Positions 9,594 through 18,770 of a stretch of 64,000 bases of DNA are shown piece by piece (position 1 is the first letter of the stretch; every line of letters starts with the position of its first letter). The position numbers and the translations under genes are program-made. Under the pieces are notes generated by a model that ran no database searches, had not been told where the DNA came from, and saw nothing but the letters and a program-made list of their open reading frames with translations. The stretch is from Gemmatimonadota bacterium (lineage in GTDB: Bacteria > Gemmatimonadota > Gemmatimonadetes > Palauibacterales > Palauibacteraceae), in assembly GCA_049668445.1 (NCBI GenBank), contig JBATJK010000299.1:55973-119972 (forward strand). Direction: 5' to 3'.

Positions 9594-9605
9594 GGCGCAT
9601 CTGGA

Positions 9606-11108
9606 TCAGGCTGAGGGCCTGATGTTCGCGTTCAAGCGGAACAGATTGTCTGGATCGTACTGCTTCTTGACCGCCGCAAGACGCTCGTAGTTTCCCCGGA
9701 AGTTGGCGTTGACCGGCTTCCCACCATCCAGCGGCTGGTCGTTGACGTACCAACCGTTGGTATACGATTCGAGGTTCTTCCAGTAGGCCCGCTCCCAGGC
9801 GATGTGCTCTGAAGGGTCTTCCCCATGTGCCCAGTCGACGGCGCTCAGGATGTTCCCCATCGAGTCCCGATACGCGAAAGCGGTGGCGTCGCTGGGGACC
9901 CTGCTGATCGCGCCCCCGCTCTGCTGGAAGAACACGGCCGTGTCCCGGCCTGGCCCGCCCTCGAGTCCGTCCAGAATGTCATCGATCATCGCGCCGGACA
10001 TCTCGTTCACGAAACCACTCTTCAGGTACGACGCGCGGGCTCGTGGATCGTCCGAATCCCCTGACTTCTGCAAGGCCACGTAGTCCATGGCCTTGAACCC
10101 ATCGAAGACCGGCTTCCCGACCTTCGTGATCGGGGCCAGCACCTTCTCAGCCTCGTTCTCAGGACCGGAATAGCAGACCGCGACGCCGCAGGCGGGGTCA
10201 CGACCGTCCGGATACGAAACGAAGAAGCCCATCGCCAGCTCATCCGGGGAGGCGTGCGAGTATTCGGAATACATGGAGAGCAGGTCACGGGCACTCTCGA
10301 TCGGAAACACCATGGCCCCGCCGACAACCTGTCGTTGCATGGGGTGCAGCTGGAACTCGAAGCTGGTCACGATTCCGAAGTTGCCGCCGCCGCCTCGCAC
10401 CGCCCAGAAGAGATCCTTGTTCTCCTTGGCGTTCGCATGGTGCCACTCCCCATCCGCCGTCACGATGTCGACAGACCGCAGGTTGTCGATCGAGAGACCG
10501 AACCTGCGCCCGAGGCGCCCGAAGCCGCCGCCCGTAACCAGCCCGCCCGCGCCCGTATGAGACACGGTGCCCATGGTCGTCACCAGACCGAAGGCCATGG
10601 CCTCACGGTCGACCGGCCCGAGCAGACTCCCCCCGGAGACCCAGGCCGTGCGAGCGTTCGGATCGATGCGGACATCCCGGAACAACGACAGGTCGATCTG
10701 CATCCCTCCGTCGCACGTTGACTTCCCGGATGCACTGTGACCGCCACACTTGACCGCGACCAGCAGATTGTCGTGATTCCGGGCGAAGTCGACGGCGGCC
10801 CTGATGTCGGCGACGCCCGTAGGTCGGACTACCAGCGCCGGATACTTGTCGAACGACGGGTTGAGGATCAGGCGGGACTCGTCGTATCCGCTGTCCCCAG
10901 CAAGCAGCACGGGACCGTCCATGCGAGCCGCCAGCTCCGCGATGTCCTTGCCCTGGAGAACGATTTCTTCTCCAGCGCCGGTGATGGCCGGAACATCGGG
11001 CGGCTCCTGCGGGGCCTCCTGAAAGAGCGCGGCAAACGACCGACTGCGAGGAACGGAGACGGCTGCTGTGGCTGCAAGCGTAGACCGGACGAACATTCGT
11101 CGCTTCAT
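9606..11108 (-). CDS. Tat-exported FAD-binding oxidoreductase (FAD-linked oxidase with C-terminal BBE-like domain)
   Basis: Twin-arginine signal MKRRMFVRSTLAATAAVSVP. FAD_binding_4-like VKCGGHSASGKS and GGGGNFGIVTSFEFQLHP. C-terminal NYERLAAVKKQYDPDNLFRLNANI. Confidence 0.85.
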   Translation of the reverse strand: MKRRMFVRSTLAATAAVSVPRSRSFAALFQEAPQEPPDVPAITGAGEEIVLQGKDIAELAARMDGPVLLAGDSGYDESRLILNPSFDKYPALVVRPTGVADIRAAVDFARNHDNLLVAVKCGGHSASGKSTCDGGMQIDLSLFRDVRIDPNARTAWVSGGSLLGPVDREAMAFGLVTTMGTVSHTGAGGLVTGGGFGRLGRRFGLSIDNLRSVDIVTADGEWHHANAKENKDLFWAVRGGGGNFGIVTSFEFQLHPMQRQVVGGAMVFPIESARDLLSMYSEYSHASPDELAMGFFVSYPDGRDPACGVAVCYSGPENEAEKVLAPITKVGKPVFDGFKAMDYVALQKSGDSDDPRARASYLKSGFVNEMSGAMIDDILDGLEGGPGRDTAVFFQQSGGAISRVPSDATAFAYRDSMGNILSAVDWAHGEDPSEHIAWERAYWKNLESYTNGWYVNDQPLDGGKPVNANFRGNYERLAAVKKQYDPDNLFRLNANIRPSA

Positions 11109-11285
11109 GGATGTCCTCTGCTGTAGGGGAATGTTGCCTCACCGAGTGTACTCAAATTGGGAATACGAGCAAAGCCCAACCCCCTGTCATGAAGGAAAGG
11201 AGGCGGATGACGGCTCGCTATCGTGCTTCTGCCTTGACCGACACGAGCTGCGGAAGGTAGGATGACGGCCGCAATCGAAACGCAA

Positions 11286-11359
11286 CGGGGAGTAGCTCAG
11301 TCCGGCAGAGCACTGGCTTTGGGAGCCAGGGGCCGCGGGTTCAAATCCCGCCTCCCCGA
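11286..11359 (+). tRNA. tRNA-Pro (anticodon UGG), no encoded CCA
   Basis: Folded manually. Acceptor CGGGGAG/CTCCCCG, D-stem GCTC/GAGC, anticodon stem CTGGC/GCCAG with loop TTTGGGA, T-arm GCGGG-TTCAAAT-CCCGC, discriminator A. Total 74 nt. Confidence 0.9.
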
Positions 11360-11451
11360 TTAGGGCCGCGGGTAACTCGCACGCTTCGCGTGCTCAAGGT
11401 CTCGCTGCGCTCGACGCCAAATCCCGCCTCCCCGATTAGGGCCGCGGGTAA
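11342..11451 (+). repeat. 34-bp perfect direct repeat: the last 18 nt of tRNA-Pro plus 16 nt of flank, duplicated
   Basis: CAAATCCCGCCTCCCCGATTAGGGCCGCGGGTAA occurs at 11342-11375 and again at 11418-11451. The 42-nt spacer contains the hairpin GCACGC-TTC-GCGTGC (11379-11393). Confidence 0.9.
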
Positions 11452-11489
11452 ACCCCGACTACGACTTCGTCGGCAGCCGGCCACGACCG

Positions 11490-11903
11490 TCAGACTTCGA
11501 GTGCCGCCGTCGCCCTGGGATAGTCCTCGGCGCGAATGTACAGGACGTATCCGTACGCGCCTTTCCCGTCGGTGACCGCGGTCGAGGCGTACACGTTCAC
11601 GCGCGATTGGAACAGTTGCTGGTGTACGGCGACCAGGGCGCCCAGTTCATCATCGCCCTGTACCAGCAGCGCCGGGTGGGGACCATCGAGTGTCATTCCG
11701 GCACCGGATGCCGCGTTCTCCAGCCTGGCGGATTCCTCGGGGAACAGGGTCATCTGGGTGCGGATCGGCCCCACGGGCACGGCCGTGAAAGCCAGCAGAT
11801 TCACCCCAAGCGAAGCGAGACGAGACAGGATCTTGTACGCCTCGCCGGGCTGATCTTCTACCGTGGTATAGTAGTACTCCACGCGGCGGATTCGGTAGGC
11901 CAT
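11490..11903 (-). CDS. ACT-domain-like small-molecule-binding protein
   Basis: ATG 11903 (MAYRIRRVEYYYTTVEDQPGEAYKILSRLASLGVNLLAF). It has two ACT-like beta-alpha-beta-beta-alpha-beta halves. The ORF-track N-terminal extension was rejected. Confidence 0.55.
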   Translation of the reverse strand: MAYRIRRVEYYYTTVEDQPGEAYKILSRLASLGVNLLAFTAVPVGPIRTQMTLFPEESARLENAASGAGMTLDGPHPALLVQGDDELGALVAVHQQLFQSRVNVYASTAVTDGKGAYGYVLYIRAEDYPRATAALEV

Positions 11904-12096
11904 CACATTCCTCCGTGCTGCGGTTCGGCCAGGTCGGAGTCCCTGGCTCCTAGCCATGTGGCGCCCCGGGGGAGAGGCGCGCGCTGTCGTGTGCGGCGTC
12001 ACGGACGTGCCGTCGCGGAACGTCCATGCTCAACAATACACCGGGACGCCCGGGAAGGTCGAGTCCCGCTCCAGCGAGGAGCGCGGTTCGAGGCAG

Positions 12097-14220
12097 CTAC
12101 TTACCTGGCCGGTATCTCCGCACCAGGTCCGCCTCGATCTGGTCCTCCGTGAAGGAAATCGGCTTGAGTTCACCCCGGGAGAACATCTCCGTCTGGTCAT
12201 CGAAGTGTTCGGCCGACGAATCGCCCGTCTGGCCGAAGACCAGGATGGAATATCCCCTGGGGATGGAATCGAACTCGACCGCCAGGATCCACGCGTCACC
12301 ACTGTAGGCCCGCAACAGGCCATCCTCATCCGGCTCGAAGGCGAGGTGACGGAAACATCCGAGGAAGGACGGACATCCACTGACCGGGGCATCCACTTCG
12401 CCCCAGCGAACCCTGTGCACGTCTCCCCAGGCAACGTCCCAGCTTCCGTAGCGCTCGGTCGCCTCGTCTACGGCAGCGGCAAAGGCCTGCGCGGCTAGCT
12501 GGGGGTTGTCCAGCCCCCGGGGCGTCGTGGTGGGCTCGAGAGGGTCCCACGTCCGGGCGTAGTCTCCTCCCAGGCGCTCGTACTCACCTACCCACAACTC
12601 GAAGAGCGCGCCGCCCCGACTGTCCGCCCTCGAGGTGTTGTCCCAGGCCTCTATGAGGTCGATGGCGTCGGCCACTTCCCCAGCCGCGCCGGAGGTCCGG
12701 ACGGCCCGGACCAGGTCGTCCTTCACCCGGTCGGCCATCAGCATCCTCGGCGAGTGCTTCAGTTCGATGACCTGCTCGAGAGTCACACCCTCGGCGCTGC
12801 GGAGAAGTTCGAGCGCCAATTGGCTGCGCAGTCGGAGGCTCGGCTCCGGCCATGCCGCCGGAATGGCCGGAGCGTCAATCCGCTGCTCGAGATTCGAGTA
12901 GTGAAACGAGTCGTTCTCGTTGTGGAGATACCCGCTGCCCGGGTTAAGGAGCTGGGGCAAGGAGTCAAAGGGCACCAGGTCCTGCCACACATCGCTCCGC
13001 GAGCTGATGGGAATCGCCACCGTATCACGTCCCGATGCGTGGAGAAGCACAGGCATGGCCGCGTTCCAAACGTAGAAGATGTTCCCGGCGGCATCGGCGT
13101 AGGTGAAGCTGGATTCCTTCATCGCCTGGAGGCGCATGGCGTCCTTCCACTCCTCGAGCGTTGAGGCCTGCATCATGTGGAGGAACTGCTCCGTGCGCCG
13201 GTACTCACCCCAATCCGCCGAGCGAACCACGTAGATGGTGTCGGCGGTGCGATCGACGACCGGGCCGATGTCCGTATCGAGGAATGCACGAGTGACGGAC
13301 TCCGATCCCGACGGACCTGAGACCTTGACCTCCAACTCCGTGGATTGCAGTGGAACCGATTCCCCGTCCAGCAGGTAGGCGTCGGGATTCTCAGGATCTA
13401 CCGTCAGGGCGTAGAATTCCTCGACGTCGGGCGAGTTGTTCGTCGTGCTCCAACCGAGGTTGCTGTTGAATCCACCGTTGAAGTACATGGGGTATCCGAC
13501 CCTGAAGTCACCGTAGAAGTCGATTACACCCGGCACGGTGATGTGCGCTTCGTAATAGACGCTGTACCGACCCGCTCCCCACGAAAGATGGGGGTTTCGG
13601 ACGAGGATCGCATTGCCGCTCGCCGTGCGGGACGGGCCCAGGGCCCAGGCGTTGGAGCCGTCACCGGAATCCGCCGCCGAGTCCCTCGCCGCGCGCCGCA
13701 CCGCCTGGCTGGCCAGGAATCGCCTTGTGGCCCCCTCCAGTCTCTCATCCACCCAGTGCGCAGCAACGTCGACGCCCGTAAACCGGTCGCTGGCCCACTC
13801 CTGCACCCGCTCCGGATGCAACGCGACGTACCGGTTAACCGCGGCAGCGTAACCTTCATAGATGCCCCTGGTTTCCTCGTCCAGGGTCGGATACGCCTGC
13901 TCCGCCAGTTGATGGCGGCGGCGCCACCAGAAATCAGACTCGACCAGGTCCGGGCCATTGAACAGCGCCAGTTCACCCCTGGCCATGGTGAGTCGCTCCA
14001 CCACCAGCCGGCCATAGTCCTCCATGTGCGCCCACGCGAGCCCGTAGGCCATGGCCCCGAGGTCCTCCGCGAGGATGTGGGGGACTCCGTACGATGTCCG
14101 CCGAATCTCGACCCGGTCAGCGTACTCCCCGCCCGCATCGCCCTGGCATCCGGACAGCGCAAACAGGAGGGGAGTCAGGATCCATACTCGACTTGGACTT
14201 GCCCGTCGGGATGCCGTCAT
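12097..14220 (-). CDS. penicillin acylase family Ntn-hydrolase (possible acyl-homoserine-lactone / beta-lactam acylase), lipoprotein
   Basis: ATG 14220 (MTASRRASPSRVWILTPLLFALSGCQG, with a lipobox). The nucleophile motif is GDGSNAWALGPSRTASGNAILVRNPHLSW. The ORF-track extension to 14619 was rejected. Confidence 0.85.
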   Translation of the reverse strand: MTASRRASPSRVWILTPLLFALSGCQGDAGGEYADRVEIRRTSYGVPHILAEDLGAMAYGLAWAHMEDYGRLVVERLTMARGELALFNGPDLVESDFWWRRRHQLAEQAYPTLDEETRGIYEGYAAAVNRYVALHPERVQEWASDRFTGVDVAAHWVDERLEGATRRFLASQAVRRAARDSAADSGDGSNAWALGPSRTASGNAILVRNPHLSWGAGRYSVYYEAHITVPGVIDFYGDFRVGYPMYFNGGFNSNLGWSTTNNSPDVEEFYALTVDPENPDAYLLDGESVPLQSTELEVKVSGPSGSESVTRAFLDTDIGPVVDRTADTIYVVRSADWGEYRRTEQFLHMMQASTLEEWKDAMRLQAMKESSFTYADAAGNIFYVWNAAMPVLLHASGRDTVAIPISSRSDVWQDLVPFDSLPQLLNPGSGYLHNENDSFHYSNLEQRIDAPAIPAAWPEPSLRLRSQLALELLRSAEGVTLEQVIELKHSPRMLMADRVKDDLVRAVRTSGAAGEVADAIDLIEAWDNTSRADSRGGALFELWVGEYERLGGDYARTWDPLEPTTTPRGLDNPQLAAQAFAAAVDEATERYGSWDVAWGDVHRVRWGEVDAPVSGCPSFLGCFRHLAFEPDEDGLLRAYSGDAWILAVEFDSIPRGYSILVFGQTGDSSAEHFDDQTEMFSRGELKPISFTEDQIEADLVRRYRPGK

Positions 14221-14287
14221 GTCGCTTACCTCGTGGGACACGGTCACAGGTACGTTCCAAGGCCATCGGGAATCGAGTCGAAACGTA

Positions 14288-15550
14288 ATGACGAGCGCGT
14301 CCGGGAGACAGGTACTTGATGGCGCACTACCGGCGATAGGCGCGGGCCTCACCGGCTTCTTCGTCTCCGTCTCCGCTTGTGCGCCGGAACAGCCCCGGCA
14401 TCCCGAGGTCGTGCCGGGTATCGAGGTCCTTGCCGGAGACTCTGCGCATATCCTGGCCGGACTCCGCGTAGGCCTCATCACCAACCACACGGGCGTTTCC
14501 CGGGACGGTACGCCGGCGGCACAGCTTCTTCTCGACGCGGGGATCGACATCCGGGCACTTCTCGCTCCCGAGCACGGCCTGCGGGGGAGCGGGCAGCCAG
14601 GCCAGGCCGTTCCGGACACAATCGATCAGCTATCCGGACTCCCGGTCCATTCGCTGTACGGCGAGCGCCTCACGCCTGACCCGGCGTTGCTGCAGGAACT
14701 CGACGCACTGGTGTTCGATGTCCAGGACGTGGGAGCCCGCTACTACACCTACGTGTCCACCATGGCCGAGGCGATGCGCGCCGCCGCCGGATCCGGGCTC
14801 CTGTTCGTCGTGGCGGATCGACCGAATCCCATCGGCGGAGAGTTGGTGCAGGGAAACGTGCTGGATTCCGCGTTCGCGTCGTTCGTGGGCCTCTTCCCGG
14901 TGCCCATGCGACACGGCATGACCGCGGGAGAACTCGCACTGATGTTCAACGATGAGTTCGGCATCGGAGCCCGGCTACTCGTAGTCCCCGCCAGTGGCTG
15001 GATCCGGTCTGCCTGGGCAGATCAAACGGGTGTGCCCTGGATCCCCACGTCGCCCAACATGCCCGACCTTGAAAGCGCCACGCACTATCCGGGTACCTGC
15101 CTGTTCGAGGGGACGAGCCTGTCAGTGGGTCGCGGTACCGAGCGCCCGTTTCAGCAGATCGGGGCCCCATGGCTGGACCCGGAGGAAGTAATCGCCGGCA
15201 TGGCCGCGGTGTCCCTGCCGGGAGTTCGCCTGGCGCCCGTGAGCTTCACGCCACGCGGCGCGGACGACGGCAAGTTCGAGGGACGACTGGTGCGCGCGAT
15301 CCGATTGGAGGTGACGGACCGGGGGGCTTACGATCCGACCAGGACAGCTGTGGCGCTGCTGCGGGAAATGCGGCGATCCGCTGGTGCCGACTGGGCCTGG
15401 CGCGCGGCGGCGTTCGACCGGCTGGCGGGAACCGATGGGCTCCGGGTAGCCCTGGACTCCGGCGTGCCGCTGGATCAGATCGTCGAAGGCTGGGCCGCGG
15501 CGCGACAGGACTTCCGGATGGTTCGCGTCCAGTACCTGCTCTATCGGTGA
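14288..15550 (+). CDS. DUF1343 family protein (exo-beta-N-acetylmuramidase NamZ-like)
   Basis: GLITNHTGV, APEHGLRG, SGLPVHSLYGE, and DALVFDVQDVGARYYTYVSTM are the DUF1343 hallmark. The start is probably ATG 14288, because 14051 and 14219 would overlap the divergent acylase gene. Confidence 0.8.
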   Translation: MTSASGRQVLDGALPAIGAGLTGFFVSVSACAPEQPRHPEVVPGIEVLAGDSAHILAGLRVGLITNHTGVSRDGTPAAQLLLDAGIDIRALLAPEHGLRGSGQPGQAVPDTIDQLSGLPVHSLYGERLTPDPALLQELDALVFDVQDVGARYYTYVSTMAEAMRAAAGSGLLFVVADRPNPIGGELVQGNVLDSAFASFVGLFPVPMRHGMTAGELALMFNDEFGIGARLLVVPASGWIRSAWADQTGVPWIPTSPNMPDLESATHYPGTCLFEGTSLSVGRGTERPFQQIGAPWLDPEEVIAGMAAVSLPGVRLAPVSFTPRGADDGKFEGRLVRAIRLEVTDRGAYDPTRTAVALLREMRRSAGADWAWRAAAFDRLAGTDGLRVALDSGVPLDQIVEGWAAARQDFRMVRVQYLLYR

Positions 15551-15577
15551 GCTGCGGCCCCCGATCCCGGCCCCCGG

Positions 15578-16273
15578 CTAGTCCTCCTCCACGACCTCCG
15601 CCAGCTTCTTCTCGTCATAGTAGTCGAGCTTGTGCAGAGGCATGACGACGCTCGACAGCACGTTCAGAACGTGTGCTGCGATCCTCTTGTAGAAACGCGC
15701 ACCCATGACGATGCACGTCGCTGTCGAGGCCGGGTAGTCGCTGCGAGCCACTCTGCCAACGACGGCGTCACACCGACGCGTCAGGTCCCGCCCTTCACGA
15801 ATCAGCTCCACCGCCCTCTCGTGGTCGGACGACTCGAACACGGGCACGACCTCGGCGAATCCGCGCTCTATCTCAGTGCGAATCTCTCTCATCTCGTGGA
15901 CGATCTCGTCGTCCGGCAAAGCGGACGGGTGATAGTCCCGGACCTCGGAGAGGTTCTTGGCGTAGTCGCCGATGCGCTCGACGTCCTTCACCAGGCTCAT
16001 CAGGAGCAGGCAATAGGGCACCGATGTCCTCTCAGATGACAGCGAGAGGTGGGCGATCACCTGCTTTCGGATCTTCCTCTCCAGCTTGTTGACCTTGACG
16101 TCGGTCTTGTAGACAGCCGTCCTGGCGTCTGCCTGGAGGGATTCCGAGAAATAGACCTCCCCGGCGACGATGGTCATGTCGTAGGTAAGGCCCAACATTT
16201 TCGAGAACTTCTCTCCCATTTCGGCTAGCGGCTCACCGGCGCGGAAGATGCTGAGCAGTTCCTTGAGCATCAC
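15578..16273 (-). CDS. PhoU-like / DUF47-type regulator associated with Na/Pi transporter
   Basis: The protein is 231 aa and helical. It sits immediately downstream of the Na/Pi cotransporter gene with a 10-nt gap. It has repeated PhoU-like helices (RIGDYAKNLSE). Confidence 0.65.
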   Translation of the reverse strand: MMLKELLSIFRAGEPLAEMGEKFSKMLGLTYDMTIVAGEVYFSESLQADARTAVYKTDVKVNKLERKIRKQVIAHLSLSSERTSVPYCLLLMSLVKDVERIGDYAKNLSEVRDYHPSALPDDEIVHEMREIRTEIERGFAEVVPVFESSDHERAVELIREGRDLTRRCDAVVGRVARSDYPASTATCIVMGARFYKRIAAHVLNVLSSVVMPLHKLDYYDEKKLAEVVEED

Positions 16274-16283
16274 GTACCTCCGA

Positions 16284-17408
16284 TTACAGCGCCCGGTTCA
16301 ACAATGCGAACAGGGCGGGTAGGCCATAAAACAGAATCAGGATATAGGCAATCGCCATCGTCTTGGACCTGACCGCGAGCCGGGCCAGGCGTCTCGCCAT
16401 ATTCAGCGGGATCTCCCGTATCCTCTTGACGGGATAGATCAGCGCCGTAGCGCTGACGTTGAACAGCAGATGAACCACGGCGATCGTCACCCCGGCCAGC
16501 GCATTCGGTCCCGTGACCGCCAGAGCGGCCAGGAACGCCGTGACGGTCGTGCCGATGTTGGCCCCGATCGTGATCGGGAAAGCCTGCTCGAGCGTGATCA
16601 GACCCGCTCCCGCGAGAGGCACCAGCAAAGACGTGGTGATTGAACTGGACTGCACCATCACGGTGACCACTATTCCGAGAATCATGGCCACGATAGGAGA
16701 GGTGTACAGCCCGCGCGACACCATCGTCTCGACCCGGGAACTCATGGCGCCCCGCATCACCTTCACCAGGAACAGCAGGGCGAAGTAGATCAGAAGGCCC
16801 GAGACCAGGATGAGGAGAGTCGCCTGGAGGCGCTCGGAATCCGAGACCGCGTGGATCCCTCCCTTGATGGGCTTGAGAGCCGCCTTCAGCGCACCCTTGA
16901 TCGGGCTGTCGTATTGCACCCCGCCGAGGCCCGTGAGAGAGGACGACAGCCAGGTCGCGGTCTTCTGCAGATACCCCGTGGCCATCTCGAGCGGGAGCAG
17001 AATGACCACGGCCATGAAGTTGAAGAAGTCGTGGACGGTCGCGACCGAGAAGGCCCGGTAGAACTCGTCCTTCCGTCCCATGTGGGCCAGGGAGACGAGA
17101 GTGTTCGTCACCGTCGTACCGATGTTGGCGCCCATGATCATCGGGACGGCGTTGGCTATGGGGAGCGCGTTCTCGGGCGCCGCGACCAGGCCCACGATGA
17201 GCGAGGTGGAAACGGAAGAGCTCTGGACCAGAGTCGTGGCAAGGATCCCCACCATGAGGCCCATGAACGGATTCTCGGTCGCCTGGAAGAAGGAGTCCAG
17301 CAATCCGCGTCCGAGGGACTTGAACGCGTCCCCCAAGCCGTTGACACCCAGGAGGAAGATGAACAGCAGTGCCAGCACCGTGAGGACACGCGCCAGCGGG
17401 TGTTCCAT
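16284..17408 (-). CDS. Na+/phosphate cotransporter family protein (NptA/YjbB-like)
   Basis: Duplicated Na_Pi_cotrans motifs: QSSSVSTSLIVGLV...ANIGTTVTN and QSSSITTSLLVPLA...ANIGTTVTA. The start is ATG 17408, with an alternative GTG at 17453. Confidence 0.85.
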   Translation of the reverse strand: MEHPLARVLTVLALLFIFLLGVNGLGDAFKSLGRGLLDSFFQATENPFMGLMVGILATTLVQSSSVSTSLIVGLVAAPENALPIANAVPMIMGANIGTTVTNTLVSLAHMGRKDEFYRAFSVATVHDFFNFMAVVILLPLEMATGYLQKTATWLSSSLTGLGGVQYDSPIKGALKAALKPIKGGIHAVSDSERLQATLLILVSGLLIYFALLFLVKVMRGAMSSRVETMVSRGLYTSPIVAMILGIVVTVMVQSSSITTSLLVPLAGAGLITLEQAFPITIGANIGTTVTAFLAALAVTGPNALAGVTIAVVHLLFNVSATALIYPVKRIREIPLNMARRLARLAVRSKTMAIAYILILFYGLPALFALLNRAL

Positions 17409-17893
17409 GAGCGGACGTACGGCGTTTGGGCGAAGCCCGGCGTCGGCATCCACAGCTGATCTCTACTGATAGAGGTAAGCGGCGTCCAGAACCCCAGGCC
17501 TACCACCCGTAGGGGCGGACGAGCAGTGGTTCGGCCGCAAAGTGCCGGGAGGGGTGTCCGGCAGCAAGCCCCCCCGGATCGTGCGATCAGAATCCCCAAT
17601 CTCGTAGGAGAACGCCCCGGCGGAACGGGAAGAGCGTGGCGGATCCCACCGACTCTCGTGCGGGGACTGCTCGCGATCTCGACGCTCGAAGGGTGAAATA
17701 TCGTTGGAGAATCGAACGGTCGGGTGTTGAATCCTGGGACAGACCTCCTAAGACTCTGTCCCTCTTCAGGATAGCCATGTGGACCCCCTGCTTCGACCTG
17801 AACAGGCGTTGAATTGTTCGACAATGCCGCCTCGAGGACCCCTCCATGGATCGCGGCTCTGTGACTTGATAACTACATACGCTAGAGCAAGTT

Positions 17894-17916
17894 GCAGGTC
17901 TGCGCACTGGACCTGC
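17894..17916 (+). promoter_or_regulatory. 7-bp inverted repeat GCAGGTC-N9-GACCTGC abutting the -24 element
   Basis: Read directly from the sequence. It lies 6 nt upstream of TGGCAC. Its function is unknown; it could be a regulator or IHF-type site, or simply a hairpin. Confidence 0.25.
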
Positions 17917-17921
17917 GCCCG

Positions 17922-17936
17922 TGGCACCCGGCTTGC
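17922..17936 (+). promoter_or_regulatory. sigma-54 (-24/-12) promoter TGGCAC-CCGGC-TTGC
   Basis: This is an exact match to the TGGCAC-N5-TTGC core. It lies 52 nt upstream of ATG 17988 and 106 nt upstream of the SD-supported ATG 18042. An NtrC-type sigma-54 activator is encoded at the end of the same gene run. Confidence 0.6.
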
Positions 17937-18041
17937 CTTACAAGTAGCTGAACGGCTACGCCCGGCCGCATAACTGGCCTCCCCGAGATGACGGGGCTGG
18001 TCGGAACCGGACTGAAGGGCAGAACAGCCGGGGAGGATACA

Positions 18042-18701
18042 ATGCTCGCAACCGTCTTCTTGGTAATCGTGGTGACCTTGCTGACCGGTCATTACTTCCT
18101 CGTGGAGCGACCGCGCCGACTCGCTGCTGAGTCCTCGAGTCGCCCCCTCGCTCTCCCGTTGCGGCAGCTCGTCAATCGGTTGCCTGCGGGTGTCTTCCTG
18201 CAGCCGACCTTCACCTGGGGGCAGGTGCGACCTGGCGGAGACGTCGAAATCGGAGTGCACCCAATGCTGCTGTCGCTGCTCGGTCCCAGCCCGGAGCTGG
18301 AAATGCGCAGCGCGGGTGAGCACGTCGACAAGGGGGACCCCCTTATGACAGTTGGTAGCGGGGAGAGGCGTCTCGTTGTCCGATCGCCGGTCGCGGGCAG
18401 CATCACCATGGCCAACGCGACTCCGCCGGTGGAGACGGAGTGGCAGAGCCGAAGCGACCGAACCTGCGTGATCCAGCCGGAGAGTCTGTCCAGCGAGGTA
18501 CCCGGTTGGATGATCGGACAAACGGCGATCGACTGGAGCAGGGAGCAGTACGGACGCATTCGCGACCACCTCCTGGAGCGATCCGCCGATCCCCAGACAG
18601 GGCTCGCTCTGGCGGATGGTGGAGAACTGCCGGTAGGGGCCCTCAACCAGCTGAATGCGGCTGATTGGGTGAACTTTGAAGAAGAGTTCCTGAACGGCTG
18701 A
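18042..18701 (+). CDS. membrane-anchored GcvH-fold (barrel-sandwich hybrid) protein, paralog A, lacking the lipoyl-lysine
   Basis: ATG 18042 has GGGGAGGA 6 nt upstream. The N-terminal TM is MLATVFLVIVVTLLTGHYFLV, followed by ERPRR. The core GEHVDKGDPLMTVGSGERRLVVRSPVAGSITMAN resembles GcvH. The C-terminal LADGGELPV...WVNFEEEFL is shared with paralogs D and E. Confidence 0.6.
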   Translation: MLATVFLVIVVTLLTGHYFLVERPRRLAAESSSRPLALPLRQLVNRLPAGVFLQPTFTWGQVRPGGDVEIGVHPMLLSLLGPSPELEMRSAGEHVDKGDPLMTVGSGERRLVVRSPVAGSITMANATPPVETEWQSRSDRTCVIQPESLSSEVPGWMIGQTAIDWSREQYGRIRDHLLERSADPQTGLALADGGELPVGALNQLNAADWVNFEEEFLNG

Positions 18702-18770
18702 CGCTGGCGGTAACCAACTGACGGGAGACAACGGTTACCCCCCGGACCTTTCATCTCTCAGGAGGCCGAG

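Noticed and set aside
11342-11451. The tRNA-flanking direct repeats read as boundaries of an integrated mobile element.
   Set aside because: Only 42 nt lie between the repeats, and no integrase, excisionase or cargo gene is within several kb. I report it as an att-like scar or duplication, not as a mobile element.
17454-17921. A possible tmRNA, RNase P, SRP or tRNA-like gene in the long intergenic region.
   Set aside because: I searched by eye on both strands for GGGG...TTCGAC 5' ends, T-arm plus CCA 3' ends, GAGGAAAGTCCGG and SRP domain IV motifs, and found none. The GTTCGATTC string on the minus strand lacks a pairing T-stem.
17766-18731. A 321-aa minus-strand ORF spanning the sigma-54 promoter and GcvH-like paralog A.
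   Set aside because: It has no motifs, it runs antisense to a frame with an SD-supported start and a paralog relationship, and it would bury the promoter.
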